Part shown: positions 1-12,499 of the stretch, piece after piece | How the letters are laid out: the number at the start of each line of letters is the position of its first letter | Numbering within the stretch: position 1 is the stretch's first letter | Assembly (NCBI GenBank): GCA_951406725.2 | Contig: OX597820.1 | Location: 120,094,001 to 120,158,000 of the forward strand | From: Octopus vulgaris | Taxonomy: Eukaryota | Reading direction: 5' to 3' | Length of the DNA: 64,000 nt | Translations under genes and position numbers: made by a program | The notes under the pieces: generated by a model | Told to the model about the DNA's origin: nothing | Seen by the model: only the letters and a program-made list of their open reading frames with translations | The model's database searches: none

Positions 1-102
1 GCCCAAAGTAATTCGTCGGTATATATTTTATCAAGCAAATGCTCAATCAATAAAAACGACGTATATATTCACACACGTGTGTGTGTTTTTGCGTGAATAA
101 AG

Positions 103-250
103 TCGAGCTGACAGAATCTTTAGCAGAATGCTTTGCGTTATTTTATTCGTCTCCAAGAGATGAGTTCAAATTCCACAGAGGTCGAGTTTGACTTCTATCT
201 TTTCGGGATCGATAAACTAAGTACTAGGTGTGCCCTGGTTTCGATGTAAT
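103..250 (+). mobile_element. Degenerate SINE family A copy (tRNA-derived head plus central domain)
   Basis: Diverged match to the copy at 51819-52048 (gagttcaaattccacagaggtcga...ttttcgggatcgataaactaagtac). Confidence 0.65.
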
Positions 251-944
251 ACACAAGCATCCCACTCCTAATTTTCAAGCCTTCTCCCTATATGAGAGTG
301 TAGCGTGGCTGTGTGGCAATAAGCTTGCTTCCGCTTCCGGTTGTGTCAGTGCTGTTCTTACACTGCAGAAGTCGCCACGCTGGTGTACAGTTGGCGAAAT
401 ATTGATTGACAAAGAAGCTCAACTGTAAGGTATCACTTTTGTTTTTGGGGTCCAGTGGATGTTTGTTGTTCGATGTATTATGTTTTGTACAAACAAGAAA
501 TCCTCACTGGATTCTGGACTCTGGTCTGCCTATATTTGGGCAAAATTGTTCACTTTTAAGTGAATTATTTTGGTGGGCGAAATTTCTGCCGCCATAAACT
601 GTGGAATTTTTTTGCTGCTGTGAAAAAAATGTCTTTGTTGTGTACTTACCATTTAATGGTAGATTATTTTTTATTCCTACTACTATGTTCTCTTCCACAC
701 TATCACTTCTCCCATTTCCTCTTATCTACCTTCCACTTATCTTTTACTCATTCTTCCCTTTAGTCTTCAGCTCTGTAATTAACAAAAATGACTCTGACCA
801 AAGTAGCATTAACTTTTAATTCATTCATTTTTTTTCAACCGATCAATTCATCGATTCAGTAAACCTATCAATAACGAACCTATAATGATGGCTGGAAACA
901 GCCGTAAGTTTAATTTACTGAAATAAGGAAGAATATGCAATGAC

Positions 945-1080
945 CAGTGTAGTAAGAAGTTTGCTTCCCAACCACATGACTCCAGGTTGCGTACTATTTG
1001 GCATCTTGAACAAGTGTCTGCTGCGAGAGCGTCGGGCCGACTAAGGCCTTGTGACTGGGAGTGGTGGACGGAAACCCGCC

Positions 1081-1081
<1 letters not shown>
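945..1081 (+). mobile_element. SINE family B, 5' half (split copy; 3' half at 1996-2191)
   Basis: gtagtaagaagtttgcttcccaaccacatgactccaggtt...catcttgaacaagtgtct...gacggaaacccgccgta matches the family B head up to its internal microsatellite. Confidence 0.75.
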
Positions 1082-1115
<34 letters not shown>

Positions 1116-1125
1116 GAGAGAGAGA

Positions 1126-1872
1126 GAGTAGTGGTACAACAAGGCACAAATATTTACTGGAAATAGCAGTCGATACACTTATGACGCTCTAGTAAAGCTT
1201 AACTGCGAATATATTGGCAAAGACCTGTGTATGCAATACACATGAACAATTTTGTCTTAACATTAGATGAATGGACAACCCTGAATCGCATATTTCAGGT
1301 TTCGTACTCTTCTAAATACGTTTGTCATCGTAAATTTGATTAGTCTTCATCAGGTTGATTTACCTGGACAATATTTCAAATGTCGCTACATCAATGCCAG
1401 TATATTCGCCTGAACGCTTACCCATAACAGACCGAGAACAGTGAAAGGTTTTCAATGAAAAATAAAATATTCCAGTAAAATAAAGCATCTTTTCACTTTT
1501 TCAATGAAAATTGAAATATTCCAGTAAAATAAAGCATCTTTTCACTGTTCTCGATCTGTTAACGGTAAGGCGTTCATGCGAGTATACCGGCATTGATGTA
1601 GCAACATTTGAAATATTGTCCAGGTAAATCCACCTGGTGAAGACTAATCAATTTTACGTTGACAAACGTATTTGAAGAGTCCGAATCCTGGATTATCCGA
1701 TTCGGGGTTGTCCATTTATCTAATGTTTTTCCGAGAGGTAAAACAAAATTTTTCTTGTTTGTTGCCCTCACATATATTTGCCAGTATATATGCAGTGAAG
1801 CTTTACTATAGCGTCGTAAATGTATCGTCTGCTATTTCCAGTAAACATTGGCGCCTTGTTGTACGACTACTC
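1126..1872. mobile_element. Foldback element with ~320-bp inverted arms and decayed hammerhead-like motifs; probably Penelope-like-derived
   Basis: 1126-1446 is the imperfect reverse complement of 1540-1872. The spacer holds a ~48-bp direct duplication. The arms contain ctgatgaagact...agtacgaaacc (minus) and ctggtgaagact...agtccgaatcc (plus). Confidence 0.75.
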
Positions 1873-1995
1873 TATATTTATATCTATATTTATACTTCTA
1901 CTTTTACAGTGCTTCATTCTACTGGAAACTAATACATTTGTATTGCCACATTTTATTTTTCAATGAATATATATATATATATATCATACACACAT

Positions 1996-2191
1996 GGTTT
2001 GTCCCCTCAACACTGATTCAAAGCAGGTGTTCGTCTGTTTATGTTCCTATAACAGCGGTTTGGCAAAATAGAACGATAGAATAAGTAGTAGGCTCCAGAG
2101 AAATTAAGGCGTCAGGTCGATGTGTACGACTAAAACCATTCAAGACCCTGCCACAACATGGCCGCAGTCAAATGACTGAAACAAATAAAAG
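1996..2191 (+). mobile_element. SINE family B, degenerate 3' half
   Basis: tttgtcccc...agcggtttggcaaaatagaacgatagaataagta...catggccgcagtcaaatgactgaaacaaataaaag is the family B tail. Confidence 0.75.
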
Positions 2192-2204
2192 GCAAACGGT
2201 AAAA

Positions 2205-2207
<3 letters not shown>

Positions 2208-2292
<85 letters not shown>

Positions 2293-2343
2293 CATATATA
2301 TATATTTACACATATATATATATACATGTATATATATATATAC

Positions 2344-2380
<37 letters not shown>

Positions 2381-2410
2381 CATACATATATATATATAGG
2401 TATGTATATA

Positions 2411-2468
<58 letters not shown>
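2208..2468. repeat. (TA)n microsatellite with TACA/TATG interruptions; one of dozens in the window
   Basis: Direct reading. These tracts give rise to the IYIY/YIYI ORFs. Confidence 0.98.
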
Positions 2469-2471
<3 letters not shown>

Positions 2472-2717
2472 CACTTCAGTTAGAATTACTTACACAGACG
2501 GACATGATGGGTGATTGCACGAACATGAAGAACAGGGTTGTCTAGTACAGCAAATGATTTACAAGCATCAACATGTGGTCGTTCAAACGCACCGTCTGAA
2601 CCTTGTCAGGCACTAAAACCAACAATCTCGTTTTCACACCAAAGTAGCTGCCTCTTCGACTACAACAACAGCAATAACATCAATAACAGCAACTACGACT
2701 GTCGCGGCTGTTACTGA

Positions 2718-2733
2718 CACCACCACCACCACC

Positions 2734-2786
<53 letters not shown>
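2718..2786. repeat. Compound (CAC)n(TAC)n microsatellite
   Basis: Direct reading. Confidence 0.95.
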
Positions 2787-3187
2787 GTCAATGGAGTATC
2801 ACATCTAATTATATCAATCTCATCCGAAATATCAATCGATATGCTACTTACGAATCGCTCAGTCTTTCTCCCTCTCTGTTCGTCTCTTCTATAATCTTAA
2901 CTAACAATTAAGATTTTATGTCCCCCGCAATGACCTCGCACTTTGAAATGTATCTTAATCCTTCATGAAAGGCCGCAGTAGAAAGAAAACACCTTCAAAG
3001 CGAACAAGAGAAAAAAAAAACAAATACTAACAACCTCCTCATCTTATCAATTACAACTGTTCATTAATGGTTGTACTTAAATGTGTCATGGTGTTTCTTA
3101 TTTTTTTTTTCTATTATTAGCCATGCAAACGCGGTTACAAGTACCGATGTTGACTGCCATTGAGTGGCGAAAATGTAGCAGACACTA

Positions 3188-3790
3188 GGCGGCGAACTGG
3201 CAGAAACGTTACCGCGCCGGGCGGAATGCTTAGCGTTATTTCGGCTGCCGCTACGTTCTGAGTTCAAATTCCGCCGAGGTCGATTTTGTCTTTCATCCTT
3301 CCAGGGTCGATAAATTAAATACCAGTTACACACTGGGGTCGATATAATCGACTTAATGTGTTTGTCTGTCCTTGTTTGTCCTCTCTGTGTTTAGCCCCTT
3401 GTTGGTAGTAAAGAAATAGGTATTTCATCTCTCGTTACGTTCTGAGTTCAAATTCCGCCGACGTTTGCTTTGCCTTTCATCCTTTCGGGGTCGATAAATT
3501 AAGTACCAGTTACGCACTGGGGTCGAATATAATCGACTTAATACGTTTGTCTGGCCTTGTTTGTCCTCTCTGCGTTTAGCCCTTGTGGGTAGTAAAGAAA
3601 TAGGTATTTCGTCTGTCGTTAGTTACGTTCTGAGTTCAAATTCCGTCGAGGTCGACTTTACCTTTCATCCTTTCGGGGTCGATAAATTAAGTACCAGTTA
3701 CGCACTGGGGTTGATGTAATCGACTTAATCCATTTGTCTGTCCTTGTCTGTCCCTTCCGTGTTTAGCTTCTTGTGGGTAGTATAGAAATA
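3188..3790 (+). mobile_element. SINE family A with three tandem body units
   Basis: Head ggcggcgaactggcagaaacgtt..., then three ~180-bp units with B-box-like gagttcaaattcc and tttcatcctttcggggtcgataaattaagtaccag (resembles the Meta/Sauria SINE central domain, from memory). Imperfect TSD aaaatgtag.. on both sides. Confidence 0.9.
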
Positions 3791-3931
3791 GAAAATGTAG
3801 TGGACACATTCACACATATATGTGTGCGTATCTGCATTTATTCACTTGACTGTCTATTATGGTTCGCATCTCTGCGGTTCCGTGTTATTACAACTAGAAC
3901 ATGTGTAGAAATGTGAATGTATCTATATGTA

Positions 3932-4824
3932 CGTGATCCGATCAATAAGTATCCGGACTGTTGCCATAATTACGAAGCTAAAGCGCTCAGAGTAAAGCCG
4001 CGTGGCACAGATTGACCTTGATCAGCGTTGTGCGATGCACACTACATTTTAACGAGCTGGCACACTTCCGCTCTTTACAGCGGTGCTTGGAAGGAACATG
4101 TGTAGTGTGTGATCGTCGCAATAACCATGACAGAGAAAACTGAGCAGAGAATCTGCATCATATTTTGCCAAAAACTTAGCATTTTTGCTTGGCATTTTTG
4201 CCAAAAGCTGCTCAGAGACCGACATAAAGTTTTCAAAAATTTTTCAACGTCCTCGACATAATCAAAGATATCTTGCGCAATTGAAACACATGTGTTTTGG
4301 CACAAACTTGGTAGATACGCGTCTTATAACCAAATTTTTTATGATAATGGACTGAACCGAACCGTAACTAATCTGCACATCCTCTGATAACTCATGGATG
4401 GTTATTCGGCGATTTCCTCACACAGCTGCACGCAAATCTGCGATGCTTTTCTCGGTTCTTCTGGTTGCCGGTCTGCCAGAACGTCCGTCAATATCGACAA
4501 TTTTCGGCCATCTTGGAAACATTTGATCCATTCGTATACTTGTTTCCAGGCATGCGCTCCTCTCCATTCGCTTTCTGCAACTACACGTAAGCCTCTCAGC
4601 AGGTATCGCTACGACAATCCCCTCTGTTATAGTCAATGGAGCCATGACACGCTACACACTTTCTTTCCAAGGACGACTGTAAACAGTAGAAGTAAGATAG
4701 AACGTCAAAATTCAGAGCGCATGCACGGCAGAGCTCAGTGCCAATTCTTTCCGAGCAGTTTCACTCTGGGTGCTTTAGCTTCGTCACTATGGTGATAATC
4801 CTGGTACGTATTGATCAGACTTCG
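3932..4824. mobile_element. Non-autonomous mariner element made of two facing 5' ends
   Basis: TA-flanked TIRs cgtgatccgatcaataagtatccgga / cgaagtctgatcaatacgtaccagga. Plus strand encodes MTEKTEQRICIIFCQKL. Minus strand encodes decayed ...RSGRPATRRTEKSIADLRAAV*GNRRITIHELSEDVQISYGSVQSII...VSTKFVPK (mariner HTH/linker). Confidence 0.85.
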
Positions 4825-4960
4825 TATGTGTTTGTTTGCGTGTTTTTCTATACTGAACATACTTAGCTATCACATTGTTCTCTCTATCCCTTTGTCTATC
4901 GCTATGTCTCTCTATACATATCTCTCTTTCACTCGCTATCTCTGTATATATATAAACAAA

Positions 4961-5340
4961 GGGGGCGCAATGGCCCAGTGGTTAGGGCAGCGGACTCGCG
5001 GTCATAGGATCGCGGTTTCGATTCCCAGACCGGGCGTTGTGAGTGTTTATTGAGCGAAAACACCTAAAGCTCCACGAGGCTCCGGCAGGGGATGGTGGTG
5101 ATCCCTGCTGTACTCTTTCACCACAACTTTCTCTCACTCTTACTTCCTGTTTCTGTTGTACCTGTATTTCAAAGGGCCGGCCTTGTCACTCTCTGTGTCA
5201 GGCTGAATCTCCCCGAGAACTACATTAAGGGTACACATGTCTGTGGAGTGCTCAAGTCACTTACACGTTAATTTCACGAGCAGGCTGTTCCGTTGATTCA
5301 GATCAACCGGAACCCTCATCGTCGTAATCGACGGAGTGCT
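4961..5340 (+). mobile_element. SINE family C, tail type 1
   Basis: tRNA-like head with A box tggcccagtggtta and B box ggtttcgattccc. Near-identical inverted copy at 13215-13574. Confidence 0.9.
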
Positions 5341-5668
5341 TTATAAATAAAAATATATAAACAAATCAAACAACAGGTCTTACGGTGCATCACATGGAAA
5401 ACTCAAAGCCATTTCGCCATTTGTTTGGTTTTTCAATATCACGCCCCCGAACAGGATTGTAAATGTGTTATTTTGCAAGTCCACGGCTTATATGTACATA
5501 TCGTGCAGGACATGTACGGGTCTACATGAACAGTGCATCCGTAAGAACACATTCATATGTGAAATATAAGCAGCAGTTAGAGTAATAAACTTTATCAACG
5601 CCATAATATTTCAGATCTATGATCCGTGTGTCGCTGTGGAGGATACTCTCTCAAAGCACCAGGTATTC

Positions 5669-6040
5669 GGTTCTTGTAATAGTTTCAGTCATTTGACTGC
5701 GGCCATGTTGAAGCACTACATTTAGTCACGCAAATCGACCCCAGGACGTATTCTTGGTAAGCCTATTACTTATTTAATCGGTCCGCTAAGTTACGGGGAT
5801 ATAAACACAACAGCATCGGTTATCAAACGATGGTGGGGTGGAAAAACACAGACACAGACACACAGACACACACACATACACGCATACATATATATATAAT
5901 ATATGACGGCCTTCTTTCAGTTTCCATCTAACAAATCCACTAACAAGGCTTTGGTCGACCCCAGACTCTCGTAGAAGACACTTGCCGAAGGTGCCACGCA
6001 GTGGGACTGAACCCAGAACAATGTGGTTGGTAAGTAAGCT
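5669..6040 (-). mobile_element. SINE family B (CORE-like SINE with internal microsatellite)
   Basis: Reverse complement of the family B consensus seen at 12500-12916. Confidence 0.85.
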
Positions 6041-6224
6041 ATATGTATCATTTTGCTGAAAATTTGTATATATTCGTTTCGATGGATCATATTCGCACGC
6101 ATGATAAATAATTTTTTTATAAGTAGTTTCTAGTACAGAGGTTTATACAACATTTAGTATTTAAACCTATTTTTGATGCTTTTGAATTCTTTTGATTGTT
6201 TTTTTGGAAATCAATTAGATTGAA

Positions 6225-6597
6225 CTAGCACTATGACCCGGCAATGCCGGGTCATAGTGATAAAGCATGCATATACAGCTGCGTGCGTGCGCACATACAC
6301 GCGAGTACTATCCAAATCTGCGACCAATCACATACAGCTAGCTGGCATTCAATTGGCGTATCAAGTTTCTAGCATTTTGGTTGGGTTTAGGATAGAAAAT
6401 TCACAAAAAAGTCACTTCTATTGATGTTTTTAATGGTTTTGCGGGGTGACTGGGGAAATGTAAAGATGTGCACGACCACCCTTGAACGGCTTTGAATGAC
6501 CATAAAAAGTGCCAGCCCTCTAACTGATAAATTGTGGATTTGTATAAAGGACACGCACACGCACACACACAGATATTTTGCCGTTTATATAAAGAGA
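6225..6597 (-). mobile_element. Non-autonomous Helitron-like element
   Basis: Minus strand starts TCTCTTTATATAAA and ends with the hairpin cactatgacccggca/tgccgggtcatagtg followed by CTAG and T. Confidence 0.75.
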
Positions 6598-7141
6598 CAT
6601 AATTTTAAATCCTAAAATGATGAAGGACCTTCTGTTAATATTTTGAAAAACCGGTCAGGAATGTTTTACGGCTCATGCTGTCGGGCTCATGGTTTTTTTT
6701 TTCTCTACAGTGCTGTGTCTAAGGCTAATTTCATCATGGAATGATTTGGCATGCGTAGCGTTATATAGCTAACGGTGAGTAACCACCAGTATACTTGTAT
6801 TAAGTTGCTTGAAAAACACACTTTGCTTCATATTTTGTGAGAATGTAGCAGATATAGGCAAAATTTAAGTTATGTAAGTATTAATGTGTAAATTTACCCG
6901 GTTCTACTCAACTCAATCAAATCTAAAGCTATGTAGCAGACCAAATAATCTAGTAATCAGAAGATAGGACAGATAGTTTAATTACTGGAAATACTTGGAA
7001 AATATGAAGTAAGAGTGAGGCACCAGGAATTTCTTCATTGATAAGGATAGCTATCAGTCAGTGCCTCTGTGTTTAAGTGTACTTTTGCTTATATGTGCGT
7101 ACATGTATATGTGTCTATTGTATTGTTATATATAAGTATGT

Positions 7142-7209
<68 letters not shown>

Positions 7210-7314
7210 GTGTGTATATATATATGTATATATATATGTATATATATATGTATATATATGTATATATATATGCATATATGTATATATATGTATATATATA
7301 TATGTATATATGTG

Positions 7315-8050
7315 TAATTAATTAATAAGGCTGAGAGAATTAGATACTAATTTAATAGTATATCTATTCAACACCAAGTGGCCCAGTGCCCGAGAAACCT
7401 GGATTATTATAATATTTTATAATATATTATAATATTTTATACAAAAATAAATATAAGAGAGTGGTCACTATATGGCTCACTCTAGCACTAGTAAATCCAA
7501 AGGTTTCAACCACAAAAATACATGTTTCCCATGAAAGTCAGTACGATTGTTAGCTCACACGAACAGGGCAAATAAAAAGAACAAAAATACAGATTATTTT
7601 GGGACAATTGTTTCGCTATTAATGAATTAAATGTAATTTTACTCACAAAAAATCCACTTGTAGCTCCTCAGCCAAAACTATCTGGATGAAATCCACTCAA
7701 TCACACGCCAGATTTTACCATAACGATAAATACACGTGTGGTTCAATTGATTACATCCGACGTTATAATTCAAATGCCCCTACCAACAGCGCGCCAAACT
7801 TTCACGGAAACAAATACTACATTTAGAAATAAATGTAGCATAGTTATAATTAATTAATAAGGGTGAGAGAATTAGATACTAATTTAATAGTATATCTATT
7901 CAACACCAAGTGGCCCAGTGCCCCGAGAAACCTGGATTATTATAATATTTTATAATATATTATAATATTTTATACAAAAATAAATATAAGAGAGTGGTCA
8001 CTATATGGCTCACTCTAGCATGGTAAAATCTGGCGTGTGATTGAGTGGAT
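7315..8050 (-). mobile_element. Penelope-like pseudo-LTR or retrozyme-like element: 532-bp unit, partial tandem copy and short inversion
   Basis: Direct repeat 7315-7487 / 7847-8020. 8020-8050 is the reverse complement of 7691-7721. Contains a hammerhead fold at 7597-7677. Confidence 0.75.
7597..7677 (-). ncRNA. Type I hammerhead ribozyme with intact core
   Basis: Minus strand: UUUUGG-CUGAGGA-GCUA-(42 nt)-UAGC-GAAA-CAAUUG-UC-CCAAAA. Stem I 6 bp, stem II 4 bp, palindromic stem III, GUC cleavage triplet. Confidence 0.8.
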
Positions 8051-8281
8051 ATCCATGTTTCAGTTATACGAAAATCTACATTAGGATATGCCATCATGCG
8101 TGAAATCTACAAAATAGAGAAAGATATATGGTATAGCATCACAAAGTTTTGCATATCTTCTCCTAAATAGCTGTCCTACTTCACCTGTAAATAAAACTGC
8201 TGTACGCTTTCGCAAAGCCAAGTAATTTTCAGCTTCCTTTCTCATACATCAACATGTGTGTGTATATGCCTATATGCATAC

Positions 8282-8330
<49 letters not shown>

Positions 8331-8332
<2 letters not shown>

Positions 8333-8635
8333 CAAAATAAGCAAGAAGGATATCCAACGTAGTGTAGTACAATCGTTTCATGCTACTTCATTTAATTAAA
8401 CAATGTAAGTATTACATCAGTTTTAAAATGTAGAACATTTAAACTGATGTAATACTTACAGTGTTTAATAAACTGAAGTAGCATGAAACGATTGTACTAC
8501 ACTATCTTGGATATCCTTGTGGCTTATTTTGATCATAATCACCCCATTTGATTTATATGGATAATATCATACCAAATTCTGGTGCCTTTAACTTAAGTAC
8601 CATATTCAACTGAATCTAAATTTTGCTGAACTGAT
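8331..8635. mobile_element. Foldback element of the same family as 53655-54233, internally deleted
   Basis: Arms 8331-8427 and ~8438-8533 are reverse complements. The hammerhead 3' half gaaacgattgta is retained. 8530-8620 matches the reverse complement of 53670-53770. Confidence 0.75.
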
Positions 8636-8652
8636 ATATATATACATATATA

Positions 8653-8953
8653 TCACCGTGACCGACCTGGCTATCAGATGTTGCAACACATCGCTGGTCA
8701 CAATGCGCTTCGCATTGTTTTAGCCTTCAAATGACGCCACCCCGCTAGCTAAGCGAGCAGGCCAACAGAAGAAAGAGTGAGAGAAAGTTGAGGCGAAAGA
8801 GTACAGCAGGGGTCGCCACCATCCCCTGCCAGAGCCTCGTGGAGCTTTAGGTGTTATCGCTCAATAAACACTCACAACACCTTGTCTGGGAATCGAAACC
8901 GCGATCCTACAGCCGCGAGTTGACTTCCCTATCCACTGAACCATTACGCCTCC
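8653..8953 (-). mobile_element. SINE family C, tail type 2
   Basis: Family C head and body joined to a different tail (ggcctgctcgcttagctagcggggtggcgtcatttgaaggc...), which also occurs at 15966-16084. Confidence 0.85.
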
Positions 8954-8980
8954 CCCAAAAAAAAATATATATACATATAC

Positions 8981-9029
<49 letters not shown>

Positions 9030-9031
<2 letters not shown>

Positions 9032-9315
9032 TGACCCCCTTCGATCAGACACTGACCATGGGTTTGCACCTAGACAGTTAAACTCTGAGGCACAAGTGTG
9101 GGCAAGGCTGTTTTATGGAAAACCTGCAGTCACACATGCATACCGGCCTCCCTCTCTATGTCACCGATGTTATCCAATTGGAAAGGCAAAGGCCGATACA
9201 GCTTGGCACCTGTGACGTCGCAACTCATTTCTACAGCTGAGTGAACTGGAGCAACGTGAAATAAAGTGTCTTGCTCAAGAACACAACACGCAGCCCGGTC
9301 CGGAATTCGAGCTCA
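9030..9315 (-). mobile_element. SINE family D (CORE-like), 5' truncated
   Basis: Matches 39830-40167; has ttgagcaagacactttatttcacgttgctccagttcactcagctg on the minus strand. Confidence 0.85.
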
Positions 9316-9383
<68 letters not shown>

Positions 9384-9783
9384 TAAGGCTGAGATAGGTA
9401 GATAGATTTATTTATTTAATATTTGATTATTCAATACAACTAAATTTATGAATTACTGAATGGAAACGAATTTCTCTTGAATGTTTCACGTGAATTTTAT
9501 TTATAAAACAAAATTGCTAGCTTATTATTCTTTTCGCTTTTCTGACTTTAAATACTCAAAAAGAAAATGTCGCGGATGGCAAAACTGAATATTACTGTGA
9601 TTTACCTATTCAACTTCATTATTGGCCGTTTTGCTCTGCTGAGTATTAAACTGAAGATGTGACCGGCAATAGCCTGCTATAACCGGCTCATACTATTCAT
9701 ACTTGCAGAGACACTTACAAGCGCATAAACCATCTCTCTCTGTCTGCCTGTCTGTCTTTCTGTTCCCTATCTTTCTTTCTATT

Positions 9784-9895
<112 letters not shown>

Positions 9896-9962
9896 AGGCA
9901 ATAAAACACATCGTATAAATAAATAAATAAATATATATATATATATATGACAATAAAAAGCA

Positions 9963-10043
<81 letters not shown>

Positions 10044-10119
10044 AGAATAAAACGCATGGTATAAATATATATATAATTAGACAATAAAACGCACGGTATA
10101 TATATATATATACACACCC

Positions 10120-10164
<45 letters not shown>

Positions 10165-10537
10165 TGTATATTATAACTAAATATACGTATTTCGAAACAA
10201 ATTTGTACCTCTGTCTGTGCGTGTATATGTGCATATATATTTATACATATACATACATGCATACATGCATATATACATATGTGTGTGTGTGTATGTGTGT
10301 GTGTGTGTGTGTGCTTTGCGAGTGCTATTGTACTGCATATGTGAATGGAGGCGATATGTATATATATATATGTACTTTGACTTTTGTGATACTAAATAAT
10401 TGAACGATTTACTTGTTGTATCAGTGAAACCATTAATATTTTTAAAGGTTCGCCAAACTGAACATTTCAGCTTGGCTGGTCAGGTGAAAAGAGGTTATTG
10501 GTCACCACATTTGATCTGTGATCACAGACAAGGGAAA

Positions 10538-10591
10538 GATTTTCAAATCGCACCACTGAGGATTGATTTTCAAATCGCACCACTGAGGATT
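10538..10591. repeat. Perfect 27-bp tandem duplication
   Basis: gattttcaaatcgcaccactgaggatt occurs twice in tandem. Confidence 0.95.
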
Positions 10592-10601
10592 GAAAAATTT
10601 A

Positions 10602-10640
<39 letters not shown>

Positions 10641-10721
10641 CTTTCCCTCACACACACACATCCACACGCATACACTCACGCTTTACATATTAATTTATTG
10701 AGGTATATGTACACATCCGTA

Positions 10722-10840
<119 letters not shown>

Positions 10841-11106
10841 TTATATATCTATCTATTAATCTAAATATATATGTATATACATTACATACGAGAATATATA
10901 TATATCTTTATTTGCGTCTACGAGTGTGTGTAAGTATGAGTGCGTGTGTTTATGTATCTATTTCTATAAATAGCAATACAGACATGAAAAGACACAAACA
11001 AACCCACATAGTGTGTGTGTGTGCCTGTGGAGGTGTATCAAATTACGTAGCACATACACATATATGCAAACATGAACACACACATATACATACATCGAAT
11101 TATTTA

Positions 11107-11496
11107 CTCTTACTCTTTTACTCTTTTACTTGTTTCAGTCATTTGACTGCGGCCTTCTGGAGCACCGCCTTTAGTCGAGCAAATCGACCCCGGGACTTAT
11201 TCTTTGTAATCCCAGTACTTATTCTATCGGTCTCTTTTGACGGGGACGTAAACACATCAGCATCGGTTGTCAAGCAATGCTAGGGGGACAAACACACACA
11301 CATACACATATATATATATATTTACATATATACGACAGGCTTCTTTCAGTTTCCGTCTACCAAATCCACTCACAAGGCATTGGTCGGCCCGGGACTATAG
11401 CAGAAGACACTTGCCCAAGATGCCACGCAGTGGGACTGAACCCGGAACCATGTGGTTGGTTAACAAGCTACTTACCACACAGCCACTCCTGCGCCT
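11107..11496 (-). mobile_element. SINE family B
   Basis: Head (aggcgcaggagtggctgtgtggtaag) through tail (gactgaaacaagtaaaagagtaaaagag) on the minus strand. Confidence 0.92.
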
Positions 11497-12018
11497 ATTG
11501 TAGATATATCTTTCACAAATATAGAATATTGGCATATTCCGAGAAATTTAGTTCATATTCAATACACACATTTACGCTGTGCAACGTTTCACGAGTTGTA
11601 ATTTTGTTGGGGGTAAATGCACGGGTTCCTCTGGTCGTACTTACTCAGAAATCGAACAAAAACGCAAAATTGTAGTTGCGAATACTCCAAATTCGCCAAC
11701 ATGGTTTTTTTTATTGCTTTTAATTGAACAACAATTTGTGAGCAGCATTTGGTGTACGTTTACTACGACTGTTCGTATTCATAGATAAGTTTATGCACAC
11801 GTGTGTGTAAGTCTGTATTCACCGGAGTAAAATCCCTTTTGTGTCAACAACCTTGGATTTTCATTCAATAAATACACTGATATTAAAACAAAAAATTGCA
11901 GCGTTGTATTTACTTGAACTTTATTGTAGGCCATCGGGTGCGTAACCTCAAATGCATCAGGAATATATTCTGGTGACTGAACTGTGAAAATATTATATAT
12001 ATAAAGTATTAAGCACCT

Positions 12019-12205
12019 ATTTCTTTACTACCCACAAAGGGCACAAACGGATTAATTCGATTACATCATCTCCAGTGCGTAACTGGTACTTAATTTATCG
12101 ACCCCGAAAGGATGAAAGGTAAAGTCGACCTCGGCGGAATTTGAACTCAGAGCGTAACGGCAGACGAAATACCGCTAAGCATTTCGCCCGGCGTGCTAAC
12201 GTTTC
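12019..12205 (-). mobile_element. SINE family A, single unit, 5' truncated
   Basis: Family A body. TSD ttaagcacct at 12009-12018 and 12206-12215. Confidence 0.88.
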
Positions 12206-12499
12206 TTAAGCACCTGCAGTGGTGTTCAAACTAATAACTGTTTTTATGGTTCTATACTTAGCGAATGGGGATGTAACAACCCTATCAAGCCGGTAAAGTT
12301 GTAAACAATAACAGGCGCATACAAATTGATATCGGTAGTCTCTGCAAATATACACAAAACTTATATACACATATCCATACACAGACACACACACGTACAC
12401 ATATACATATATGTGCATGCATGCATGTATGTATGAGTGCGAACGCGATTTAGTATGTGTGTGTCTGAGTGATGGATTTAGCAACTATGAACATGTCCG

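Noticed and set aside
4961-5035. tRNA-like sequences at SINE heads (also 12500, 21378, 24211, 40100, 51819)
   Set aside because: They have A and B boxes but no complete cloverleaf, and continue directly into repeated SINE bodies, several with TSDs.
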